Below, piece by piece: positions 1 through 12,800 of a stretch of 64,000 nt of DNA. The notes under the pieces were generated by a model. It worked only from the letters and a program-made list of their open reading frames with translations, did no database searches and was not told the DNA's origin. A program made the translations under genes and the position numbers. Source of the stretch: Bispira polyomma (taxonomy: Eukaryota); NCBI GenBank assembly GCA_965649765.1, contig OZ287754.1, positions 16,244,001 to 16,308,000 of the forward strand. Reading direction: 5' to 3'. The number at the start of each line of letters is the position of its first letter. Position 1 is the first letter of the stretch.

Positions 1-300
1 AGGGACCATCTTACTCACGCATGCTTACGTTTACTTACACTACGTCCACTACGCAAATGCTTATATTTTACTTATGTGTGCTATTTTTAGACATATTTTG
101 CACAACTTAGAGGTGTTTTAAGGGATAACTTTCTTATTTGTTGTCTGATGTTTATTATTCTAAAACTAGTTTGTTCAATACATCAAATTTTGAAATTAAA
201 TCAACTAACTACTGCAGAGAAATAAAACTATTCCAAGCAACTTAAGCTATTCATATCCATTAAAACTTGTTTCCACTCTTAATGTGGTTTGGGATGGATG

Positions 301-875
301 TGTGTGTGTGATGCCATCATCCTTATTGTTTGTATGTTTTGGCTTTGGTTGTAGTGGTGTGTTTAATAATTTAAACTAAAGTGTAACAAATCTGATATTC
401 CCTGATTTTGATTTGCAAACAAATTTGGTGTGTGTGAAATAACATTTTTTCTGTTATTTGAGAATAAACCCAATTAATACTGGCTTTTGTACATTATTAA
501 GAAGAAGAGAAAAACCTGTGAGCACCATTACCTGCAGTAGAATGGAGAGCCCAGATTGGCAAAAGCACTAAGACTGTACACACATCCCTCTTTCATCATC
601 TCATATAGTTCAGGATGTGCACAATCATCTTCAATCATAAAGGGTGTTTATTCATTGTATTGATATTAAGCATACAAGTCCACGTTACCAATTTTAAGGC
701 TGTAGTCACCTAACAGCCCTCCTACTTTGTGTGTGATGCCACATCGTTATTGTTTGTATGTTTTGGCTTTGGTTGTAGTGGTGTGTTCGATAATTTAAAC
801 TAAAGTGTAACAAATCTGATACTCCCTGATTTTGATTTGCAAACAAATTTGGTGTGTGTGAAACAAAATTTTTTA
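301..875 (+). repeat. ~145-bp direct repeat (301-451 and 728-875) flanking exon 14
   Basis: Two near-identical copies of gtgtgtgatgcc...tttgcaaacaaatttggtgtgtgtgaaa. Confidence 0.9.
532..628 (-). CDS. Exon 14 (domain 7A) DCAHPELYEMMKEGCVYSLSAFANLGSPFYC
   Basis: Same length as exon 12 (97 nt) and clearly paralogous (DC....YE..KE.CV.....F.NLGS..YC). AAG acceptor, GTAATG donor. Confidence 0.83.
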
Positions 876-3800
876 CCTATCTTCCTACCCTGCTTCACTT
901 CTCTCTGTCATAAACTTGAAGAAAGGCAACAGACTAACTGTTTCTTCGATTAGACGCACCAGAAAGGTGGGATCCAGAGCTTTACCCATTGCAGCTCCCT
1001 TGTTATGGAACAGTCTCCCAGTTGACCTCAGATCAGTAGATACACTTATTGGTTTTAGGAAAAGCTCAAAACTTATCTTTTTAACCTTGCCTACCCACCT
1101 TAGTTTCCCTTCCTCAAATCTTTCCTTATGACCTTGCTATGCCTATGGATTTTACGATTGGATCACTGATTCTGCAGTTGTGCTTTAAAAGATGCCTAGC
1201 ATCAAAAAAGTTTATTAAACATGCATAATAATAATAATAATTACACACCAGATCACTTTGTAAGAGATTAAACAAGAGGTAATAATGACACTGAAACTCT
1301 ATTAGTCATTATATGTTACTGTAAATATTTCAGTATGTCACTTTGATTGACACGGAAAGGTAGCAGATATATGGTTATATTGACAAAACTTTAATTATTA
1401 AATGTTTTTCAACTAGGCTTTGAAATCATTCTCTGTGGACATTTTACTCTTATTGGTGTTTTGGGGGAAGCTATGGCTTTTGAAGGGAATTTCAAAAAAT
1501 GTAAACAAAATGGATAGTCAATAGATATGTAAGTATATTGTATTAGTAGCAATAGCCTCAATTTTATGTATAATAAAATAGTAAGGGTAAGCTAAATTCA
1601 TGTGTCTTTGAACGTTCTTCTCCTGGGGTTGGTGGGGCATGTCACCGGTGATGTCAAAGTATCACGGGGGTCAGGCCTCAAGCCCATTCAAAATTATTAG
1701 GATACCAGGCTAATTTCGTATTTGTGATGTCAGCTAGAATTCCCAAGCCTAGCTAGTTCACAAGAAATCACCCATACTTTCTCAGTTTGACTTAATAGAC
1801 AAGTCAGATGTGAAGAATTGCCCTGGAGTGATTTTACTATTTCTGGCTTCCTAGTAGTAAACATTTATAACTTTGGTGAGTGTTTACAGATATTACAATG
1901 ACTACTTAACAATTTCAAATGCATTCTGAAAGCTAATTTACCAAGATAAATTTTCAGAACCTATATGTTTAAGGGCCTTTCTGGAATGTTCGGCCATCTT
2001 TGATTTAACAAGAAATCCCCTAGTCTATATATATTTTTGAAGATGTCTCAAAAAATCAACAGTTCAGACCTGTTTTCATTCATACTGAAATATCAGACTA
2101 TGATTGATGGTTATTTTGATATTTGATTTGTTGGGCCAGCACTTTGCTGGACTTCAGTATAGCCCAAAAGGCTATAAGATAATGTATAGCAAAATATATA
2201 ATGGTCTCACTCCCACTCCCACTTACAATCATAACATGAGGCACAAAGTTAGTAATAGGTAGACTTGGAGACAGTGATACCCAGTGGTGGTTCTCTGGAT
2301 TCATAAAATGGGCATGCAGCAAATATAAACAGAATGGTCAAACCCAAGCACTGTGAGAAATATGGATAAAATCAGGTTTTATCTTTACAATTCAATTGAT
2401 ACCAAATCTGAATGAGGATATCTCCATCATACATCAAACATGCTGAATACATTATTTTGTGATTCTAATTCATATATCTAAAGTGGGGGTTCCACATTCA
2501 GGATTTGCTCCCCGAACTTCCCGATTTTGAGGTCGGGGACACGCACAGGGAGGTTGGGGAGCAAAAACGGGGTGGTCTGGAAGGTCGTGAAGAATATAAA
2601 CACATATTTTAAGCTTAGTTTGTCATTTTGGTTGTCCTGATAACGGAAATCAGTTCAAAAGTTGTTTACCTTTGCGACATCAAACCCACTTCCGGTTCAG
2701 TTCATGTACGCGAACGAAGAAATTATTTGCTGTTATTTACAACAAACTTTCATCAAAAATGAGGTTTAAACAGGTATTATTTCTTTCATTTCATAAGGTC
2801 ATCTCATTTTGTCATATATATTATATACAATAACAGTCCGGACTTTGACTTTTCTACATTCGATCTTTATGGTCAGGGATCTAAATCCGTCAGATCCTAT
2901 TGGCGATACGTTCGATCCTAGGGTGATACGTCAGATCCTATCACCAGTAAAGTAAGATCGGGGTCGCGAGCCCGTCAAAACGGGGTGCAATCAGTTCGAT
3001 CGGCAAGGTCGGGACACATTGTCATTTTCCCGTCCAAAAAGTGGATTTTATTGATTTTTTCGCCCCCACCTTCCCGACTTTAAAATTGGACCCATTTTGC
3101 CGATCGAACTTGAAAGTGGAACCCGCCCTTTAGATACAAAAACAAAATTGATGCACTTGAGGTACATAAATTTAATAAATCATTTTAATAATAATAATAA
3201 TAATACAATTAAAACCTCTCCAACTCAATACATTACCAAAGAAAGTGCTGCAGAGTGCAGACAACTGGTTCCTGCTGTATTGTATCAATGCTTCAGCTTC
3301 CATCTGCTTGTTGTCGCCACATCGTCCTAGGAACACAGCCTTTCTCATACATGCTTCTCCCAACATCAGCATTGGACCTTGTAATCTACATTTGAATAGA
3401 AATTATATCCATGTTCTCACACACTCTTGGTCAAAAGAGAAGCACTATTTGATGCACCTGGACCTGTTAATAAATTAGTTACTCTATAAAAATAAATAAA
3501 TAATAATAATACTATCAAAAAGATATTATGATGGAAGGTACACTAAATGAGATTGAAGTATGTGATAGGATATCTATATCACACTACAGATTTATTATAT
3601 GTACGTTGTAACATTTTTGTTTGACAATTTCTGCTTTCATGTTTATCAACAGCAACAAAAAACCACTTTTCCCTAATGTGCTGGTTATCTGTAAACATAA
3701 ATAGTTTACATATTTGTAGAGTCATTCTATTGATTAGTTAAATCTTAAAACTAAAGATTATTGTTGTTGAAGCCGTTGCTTCAGGTCAACCCATGTACTT

Positions 3801-6800
3801 TCCATCAGTCTTAAAGGCTACTAACTTGATAAGAGGAAATGGGCTCTCAGCCTCAAAGTGTCGCCCCAATAAGAAGGTTGGGAGTAGTTGTTTAACTTAT
3901 GCAGATCCTATTGAATGGAAGAAGTTCCCTACTGATATCTGCAATCATACAAGCCTAAGTGCTCTCAGAAGAAATCTGTTAAGGCACACTTATTCTCCTT
4001 AAATTTGTTAAATTTAGTTGGGGTTTATGTCGCTTTCAACAGCTCAGGTCATATCATGACGGCCAGACTCAATGGTAGAAAAACCCAGTGCTGTAATTCA
4101 CCTACTTACGGCGAGTACCTGACAAACTGTTCCACATGAATGAATGGATGCGATTTGAACGCAAATCAGTGAGAGGTCAGTCATTGCGAAGCAGGTGCTT
4201 CTAACCACTAGGTGGCTCGTTTACCATAGTATGCTACAGTTTTAACTTGCCATTTCTTAGTGTTTTAACTGGCCATTTCTCAGTGTTTTAACTAGCCATT
4301 TCTCAGTGTTTTCACTAGCCATTTCTCAGTGTTTAACTTGCCATTTCTCAGTGTTTTAACTTGCCATTTCTCAGTGTTTTAACTTGCCATTTCTCAGTGT
4401 TTTAACTGGCCATTTCTCAGTGTTTTAACTGGCCATTTCTCAGTGTTTTAACTGGCCATTTCTCAGTGTTTTAACTTGCCATTTCTCAGTGTTTTAACTG
4501 GCCATTTCTCAGTGTTTTAACTGGCCATTTCTCAGTGTTTTAACTGGCCATTTCTCAGTGTCAGGTCTAACTGGTTCTATGTCACAGCAGTTTGTTCGTA
4601 AAAGGTTTCCTCATTAGAAACGGACTATGATTTTACCAACTTTTGTCAATGATGTTAGAAGATGCCTGTAATCAATTAGGCACATTAAAAATACCATATC
4701 ATTAGACACTCCAGAGTGTAAAAACCCCATTATGGTTAAATCTATGGACGGTGATCCTTAGAGGATGTCTTGACATTAATTGATGGCCATATAGAATGCA
4801 AACGCCATTATTACCTGCAGTAGACAGAACTCCCCAAATTGATAAATAGGCCAAACTGACTAACACAGCTTTCTTTTATAGCTTCATAGACTACATCAAA
4901 TTCACAGTCATCTGAAAATAGGATTACTGATAATTGTGTTTCAACATTTCAATTGTCATAACTGCTTGGTATTAGCCAGTATACTCTATAATGGGGTGGG
5001 ATTATGAGTGTCATTGTTATGGATATATAAACAGTTGTTAAAATTCTAAATTTAATTTAAAAAACTATAACATTTATGCTGCAAGAGCCAGGTTCTCTTA
5101 TAGGGTCATGGCAGTTAAGCCCTGCAAATTGTTACTAACAAAATATACATAGATCTACATATGTACACGACTTTATGACAACTGATTACCACTTAAAAGC
5201 ATGTTTATTCTTTGACAGTGATGTTCATTCTATAATTTCAGTGCCATCTTTTTTACAAAATTTAGTTACTAGCTGTCACACCACGAACAATTTGGAATTT
5301 ATTTGAATTTTAGATGATTTTTTTCTGCAAGATTACTAATTCTTACTTAAGTTTTTCAAATTTTTAAATTTTGTATTATTTTCTCAACTTTGTGGATTGT
5401 TTTAATCAAACTTTCTTCAACATTACTCTTCAGTCCTTGAAGCATAAACGAAGAAACCCTTAATTGTTTGTAATCTCTAAAAACATTGCAATTGAAAGGA
5501 GGTATCCTGAAGACAGGCGACTCTACAATTCATTAATGGTATTTCAAATTCAAATTTTGTTTTGGCGGTACATGAATGGACTAGACCATGATTAAGTTAC
5601 ACTGCTTATCAGACTAATAGAGACTATTGCCACACGTCATTAAAAATATTTATTACTTCCACAAAGTTTATTGTAGTTGTGTTTCCCTGAGTCTATTAAC
5701 GTTTGTGCTGGAACGGATAAATCAGCATCACATTTCATCTCAGACAGACGTCCCAAGATGCAATTCTCTGTGGCAACAAGTGTAGTCGTTATGGTACTAA
5801 AACATACAAAAATGAGTTTTGAACATGGTACAGAGTACACAAAGATCATTTTGTTCAATGTTCAACATAATCCCCTCACACTAAACCTGTAGCTTCAGAA
5901 TCCATTTGAAAGATTTCTGGTCGCCTGTTTGATTTACCATATATTATTTTCAAAACATATAAAGTTTAATAAAACTGAAAAGAGCATATGTTCTGCGTGT
6001 AACCCAAGTACAAAAATGTATTAAAGTGTTTGACCAAATATGATCTGACTTATTCATTAGGTTTTCTATTGATAAAGTGCCTAATTGCTGAATTATAAAG
6101 TTCAATTATTTAATTGTCCCCAACCCAGCAAATACAAGGTAAAATTAGAAGTTTCAATGAATTTTATTACACAATGTTGACTGAGTCGTAAGAGATCATA
6201 CAGCATAAAGTCAATTTTGTCCAGGTTCCAATATATATATTTTCAAAGTCTGTTTCACATCATACCTGCAGTAATTGAGATCTGCTGGGTTTAAAGTCAG
6301 GTCTTCAATAAGGCCACTCACAGCCAGCAAACAGTGACCTATGGTTTCAACAGCCATAGGTATGGTCTCGCATTCCATACCTGAAAAAAAAGCTTCTGAT
6401 AAAGTGTGGCAGAATCAACAGAAGTTTTCTTGTTGAAAAATATTAAAAACTCATTTTCCTTTTGATACATTTTAATCTAAAATACGATTTTTAGGTCCCT
6501 TTATTAAACAGTAGAGGGGGGGAACCAATGCTGAATCATTGTAAACCACAGACCTACAGCAATAACCTGACAAAGTTACCCTCATCACAGAACATGGGGA
6601 TTTAAAATCATATTGGATATGTGAAAATAAACACCTAAAACAAAAATGTCATCTTTAAACAACACGGCCATTGGGTGTTTTAGCTATGGTATGTGAGAAT
6701 TGAGAGTTTTGTTTAAAATGCCATCATACCGGCATCATTTACAGTACAACTTATGATCACAGAAGACCATTGTGAAACACATACCTGAAAACAGTGGAGC

Positions 6801-9800
6801 AAAGAAGGCACCTATGGCCTGTTGTAGAATGTAGGCAGAAGAGGAGGCCACACTAGGTAGAGTCATCAGACAGGTCTTGTCATGCAGTGCAGTGATGATA
6901 CAGGATACAAGCGAGACGAGATAACTCATGGAGGATCTGCAGAGAAAATTTTTGGGAAAAAACGTATCAATTTTAGACTTAACTCAAGTGAAGGGTCCTG
7001 TGGTTACTTATGTTGATGGAGAGAACCCTACATTTGTGACCATTGATTGTCATAGAGCTTTTAGTGCTTAAGTTAAATTATATAGTTTTATTGTATATCT
7101 TCCCTCTCACTTGATTTTGTTTTAAATACCAAGATCTCAGATGTAATTAGGGCCACGGTGGCCTAGTGGTTAGCAAGCATTGCGCTTCACAATCACTAGT
7201 CTCTCACCTCTGGGTGGCATGAGTTCGAATCCCGTCCATTGCTCTGTGGGAAAGGTGGTAGTTCCTTACTGTGGGTCGCTGGTTTCTCTGCAGAACCTTG
7301 ACCGACTGTATGCAGTGTTTCCTCCAGCGTTTCCAACTACCCGTCCCAATATAACCTACTAAAAGGTACTAGAGTGGACGTTAAATATCCAAATTCAAAT
7401 TCAAACTTTTGCCTGAGATTTTTGAAGAATATGACAATATATTAAAGAAAAGAAATATTTCTAAATAACATATAATGTGTGTCTTAATGTACAATAAAGA
7501 CATCTAAAATATGGCCACGTATTTGAATCGGATACTGAATAACATTTAAACATTACATAATTTTTATCACATTGTCAAATTGTAAATTGTACTTAAAAAA
7601 TATTAATTTTGTTTTTAATAGTTTGTTCAAATTTACCTTTGTTTGCCATATTTTTTAGCAATTAATTAGTTCATATTTTGTGAAATATTTGTTTACTCTG
7701 ATTTACTGTCATTAAGAATTCTGTTGTCAGATAGTAAGTTTAACTGAAAATTTATTTTCCTGTTACAAACCACAATATAACTAAATGTAACCCACTGACA
7801 TCTAAGATCTTGATGTCATCTACAGTTTTGACAAATATAGCAAGTACAAATAATTACATAGTCATCAGAACATATTTGTTATCAACACATATATCAAACA
7901 ATAATGTGGCAGTTGAGTTTAGAAACATTGGGTTTTGGGGGAAACTTATCCCCCTTAGTGCACGTCATGTACATCCTAACATCCTTCCATATGAACTGGC
8001 TATGTTTTTGAACTACACGATTAGTTAATTGATTTTGTTGTTGTGCTTTGATAGATGCCTCGCATCACTAAAGCGAGTTTAAAATACAAGATCATAATGT
8101 AACTTACTCCACTGTCAAGTCCGGCATGTTGGCAGCGTTTAGTTCCATGCATGCAGTAACGTCTAGTCTTGTCTGATTCATTTCCGACTGACATTGCTCT
8201 GATAAATATAATAATTAATGGTCTGGTCACACCTACACGTGCTAACGTCCCCCAACGTACCTAAGTAATATACACTGAAAACGTGGTAGTATTCTATCAA
8301 AGTGATGTAATTTCCATAAAGGGGTAGTCGATTGTAACGTTTTGTGACGTTTCGTGACGATGTTGGTACTTGTACACATGAAGAGGGAACAAAAAACGGA
8401 CCCTTTACTGGTAGGATATTATTACCAACTACTACATAGAAGTAATGTACTGCTACTTATGGCTGCGTTCTGCTGCCTTCTCCTACTTAGTGAAACTTTC
8501 GTGGCTAACGGAGACGATCTCGCTACTTACTGGGACTTCCTCGCTACCCACTACTACATAAAGCTACTTACTGATACATCTATGCTACTTTCGGAAACGT
8601 TCGGGGACTAACAGAGAAAGGGGAGAAACGGGAGCTGTTTCTGTAGTGTTTCAAACAGTTTGAAACACTACAGAAAAAAGATAAAACGGAGACATTTCCG
8701 GAAAGATATCATCTGTCGTAAAACATCTCAAAATGTAAAGAAACGATCACAGAAGGGATCCTCACTTCCTACTAAGTTTCAAAACGTTTTCCAAATTCTC
8801 ACAACGTGACACTAACGTAGCTATAGAACGTGTAGGTGTGACCAGGACATAAAGCAGTAATAACTTAAATTTATCTTGTGAATCTAAATGTGTGTAGCTT
8901 TTTCGTCTGATATCACCTCTATTGAGGTCTCCTCTGACTTTACAGTTTACACCGTGACCTGGGGTCTTCCACTGGGTTCTTTCACTAGTCATGCTGCCAC
9001 ATACAGCCCACAAAGACTTACACCCTTTAGTGGCCAGGTAGCCATTTATACACCTGGGTAGAGAGAGACAACTTTGTGTAAATTACCTTGTGCAAGGATA
9101 CAAAATCCAAGCCTGCAGGGAGGATCGGACCGGGGCTCTCAGATTACTCAGATCCAAAGTCTGACACTCTAACTGGTAGGTCACAGAGATCATCTTAAGA
9201 TAGATTCATACTGCTGTGAATATCAAACCATCTACGGTAGTCTCCCTGGTTACGACTTCCATCCGCCCACTATTTTTGATTTCCGATTAACGTTTTGGGT
9301 TTGTTGCGCCTTAGAATTTGTTGTACAAAGATTAAGCGCTATAAAAGTACGACTAGATTAGATTAGATTGGATTAGAACTTTACCCAGTTCGTAAAGATT
9401 TGTTTTGCAAAAATGGGCATTTTAGTTGAAACAAAACTATTAACTGCATAAATTATCATTATAAAATTAAGTAGATAAATTGATGGTAAACTATTAGTTG
9501 ATTATTTGTGGGGGAGGGAACAGTACCTAAAATTAAAGTTACAAATTCGAAGTGACAATTGTGATACCATAAATAAAAATCTACCCGACACTTGTATAAA
9601 AATGCTCCGGGTCTGGTCTTACCGTAACTAGCGCAAGCTGCTGAGTAATAATTCCAGGCCAAATTTACCAGGTGGTCCCTCAATACACTCATTCCAGAGG
9701 TACAGCCGCCTGCTGATGAAGCCCAACTCAAACACTGCCCAAAGCTCTGCACTGCTTCAGGGGCTTCACTGTGATCAGATACAGAAAGAAAATGACTGTA

Positions 9801-12800
9801 AACACCATATAGAATATATTATTTTTGATTTAAACTCTCTTATATTTTCAACATCAAGAGAATATTCCACTCTCATAATGTCAACACAAGTAAATCTACT
9901 CAATTCAGTTCTATTCAAAACAAGTGTAATACATTCACTTATTGTGGATCAGTATATTTTGAATTCATATTACCTAACCAAGCTAAAAAAATATTATCTG
10001 CATACACTCATTTCTCTTATTTAACAGAAATAAAGTTGTATTAAAAACAAATCTACATTTACATATAAATCACACACAAATTATCTGTGTTTTAAATATT
10101 ATTATTTTTTAGTTTAAACTACACACATAATGCTTCTGATTTTATAGAAATTCAGTTGCACTCAATACCTTGCCAAGCTAAAAATAATTTATCTGGGCTT
10201 TTAATAGCTTTCTTTCTTATTTGAACTCCATAATTTCTGTTAGGTAACAGAACACAACTGTATACTAAAATCACGAAAAATATTGAGTTTGGCATGAAAA
10301 TGATATTGTCAAACTGAAAGTCTTAGTCCCTAGGTTAGTCACAGAGTTAGTCCACTTACTGGCAGTCAACCAACTGGATACTAAAACCACCTACAAGCAG
10401 TGAGTTTGGCATTAATACGATCTTGCCGAGCTCAAAATCTGAATCACTAGGGTAGTCACAGAGTTAGTCCACTTACTGGCAGTCAACCAACTGGATACTA
10501 AAAACACCTAAAACAGTAAGTTTAGCATTAATATGATCTTGCCAAGCTAAAAAATTAAGTCCCTGGGTTAGTCATAAAGTTAGTCCACTTACTGACAGTA
10601 AACCAACTGGAGAAGAGGATTGCTGGCGATGTCAACTGGAAGGCTATCTCTATAGTCCAGAAGGCTGCCCATACAAACTGCCACTGCTGCTTGAAAAGCA
10701 GACTCATTCTGACAATCTAAAGGCAATATTAAATTGGACAAAAAAGACCTTTTAAAAAGACAGAAAATTATCAATCACTGGAAAGGAATTAACTAGACTC
10801 TTTTTACAATATTTTTAGGTATAATTATTTTGGGTAATCTGGCAATGACATTCCTTTGAAGTAGATCGAGCAGAGGCTTAAATCTAAGACATTTGTCTTA
10901 CCTTTTGGTAAAAAAGGACTAATACTTTTGTGGTCCACGGTGGCCTAGTGGGTAGAAAGTTGGTCTGATGATCAGAAGGTCCTGGGATCTATTTCCGGTA
11001 CCGGACAGTAGTTGCATTGGTTGGATAGCATCCTTGGGCAAGATGTGTACATCTGTTTGCCAGTGGCTCGGATGACCACTTAAACATAACATAATTTATC
11101 GGTCAGGGAGCGAAAAAACGGGACCTCGGTCCGATTTTTGAACAAAAATTAAGAAAAAAATAAAAGAAAAACAATCGGCCAACGTCAGTGACTGTTGAAA
11201 GAAAACACAGGCTACGTTTTTAAAAGACATTGCAAAAGCATTAGCTAAAATGTAGCTTGCCAACACAGTACCTTCACAGGTGAATTCATAATTCTGCCAC
11301 GCCAGCCTGGTGAGGATATCTATGTCATTGTGCTTCAGCTGACTACAGTTGGCACTGGTGATGGTGTCTCTCCAGCATTGTTCTAGGTCCTTTGTGCTTT
11401 GGCTCATTGCACTAAAACATATCCATGAACTGATGAAGAAGCTACACCAATTTGCAGTAACCTTGTGTATCATAGGCGGATGCACAGGACTTTGTAAAGG
11501 ACTTTGTAAAAAGGTTTTTCCACTCATTCTTGTATACATAAATGTTAAAATGTAGTTGTGAAGACTCGTGTTTTCCACGGCCCTCAAAAAACACTTTTAA
11601 AGGGAATTGGGGGAAATGTGCGTTGAGTAGAAAACTAAGCAAATCTCAGCAATGTACTATCTTAAAACAATTGAGTTAAGCCTTCATGCACATTAGATAC
11701 TTGGCTAGGGGACAAACAACCACAATAAATGTTGTGTAATCACAAACGGTTCTCCCCACTTTCTTTGAAATGTCTCCTGACTCCTGCAAGAGTCTCTTCC
11801 AATTCAACGTCACGTTAACCTTTGAGGCAACACTGAGGTGATTATCATCTATTGGCTCATCCATGTAAATCAGATACTGCAAGATATGCTATATAGTGTA
11901 TTTTTTCTTGGGGGGGATAGTATGGTATTCATACAAATATTATTAATGCTTAAGTTCCCTATTGACTTGTTCGCCAAATTTATCATGAGTAAGATGAGGT
12001 TTACATGGAGAACAAATAATAATAATATATTTCATAAGTTTTTTTTCAAAATATATGACTCTATGTAGACAAAAATTCATATATTTATGAAAATCAGATA
12101 CTGCAAGATATGCTATATAGTGTATTTTTTCTTGGGGGGGATAGTATGGTATTCATACAAATATTATTAATGCTTAAGTTCCCTATTGACTTGTTCGCCA
12201 AATTTATCATGAGTAAGATGAGGTTTACATGGAGAACAAATAATAATAATATATTTCATAAGTTTTTTTTCAAAATATATGACTCTATGTAGACAAAAAT
12301 TCATATATTTATGAAAATCAGATACTGCAAGATATGCTATATAGTGTATTTTTTCTTGGGGGGGATAGTATGGTATTCATACAAATATTATTAATGCTTA
12401 AGTTCCCTATTGACTTGTTCGCTAAATTTATCATGAGTAAGATGAGGTTTACATAGAGAACAAATAATAATAATATATTTCATAAGTTTTTTTTCAAAAT
12501 ATATGACTCTATGTAGACAAAAATTCATATATTTATGAACTTATGGTATGATATGAAATATATGGTTCTGTAAAAACAAAAACAAATGCATTTATTCACG
12601 AACTATTGTATAGTAAGCCAATGTAGGAGTTTTTTTTTAATTAGTGACACGGATAGTTTTGAATGTACCGTAACTTGTTTATATGAGACTTTTTGGGCTC
12701 CAAGCCATAGGGAATTGCAGTAGTCCTGGCGGCTGCTGACAAGGGAGTTAGCCACAGGTATTCACCGCATTATTCAGTGACAAGTGATTGATGATTCTTT

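Noticed and set aside
2098-2350. Possible extra exon of the six-Cys gene (cAG at ~2351, GTAAGT at ~2226; ORF 2098..2322)
   Set aside because: The phase-1 reading hits a stop, there is no Cys pattern, and exons 13 and 14 already join in frame.
4237-4561. CRISPR-like array
   Set aside because: The units are head-to-tail with no unique spacers, the context is eukaryotic and there are no cas genes.
7151-7240. tRNA gene
   Set aside because: A and B boxes are present, but there is no proper cloverleaf and the sequence continues into a SINE body and tail found in several copies.
7795-7825. Candidate for the missing domain 4A exon (AG...TGTCA|GT)
   Set aside because: Wrong phase or an in-frame stop. 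8108-8198 fits the phase and Cys pattern.
11838-12292. Duplicated small ORFs MLYSVFFLGGDS...
   Set aside because: By-product of the 224-bp AT-rich tandem repeat; no coding features.
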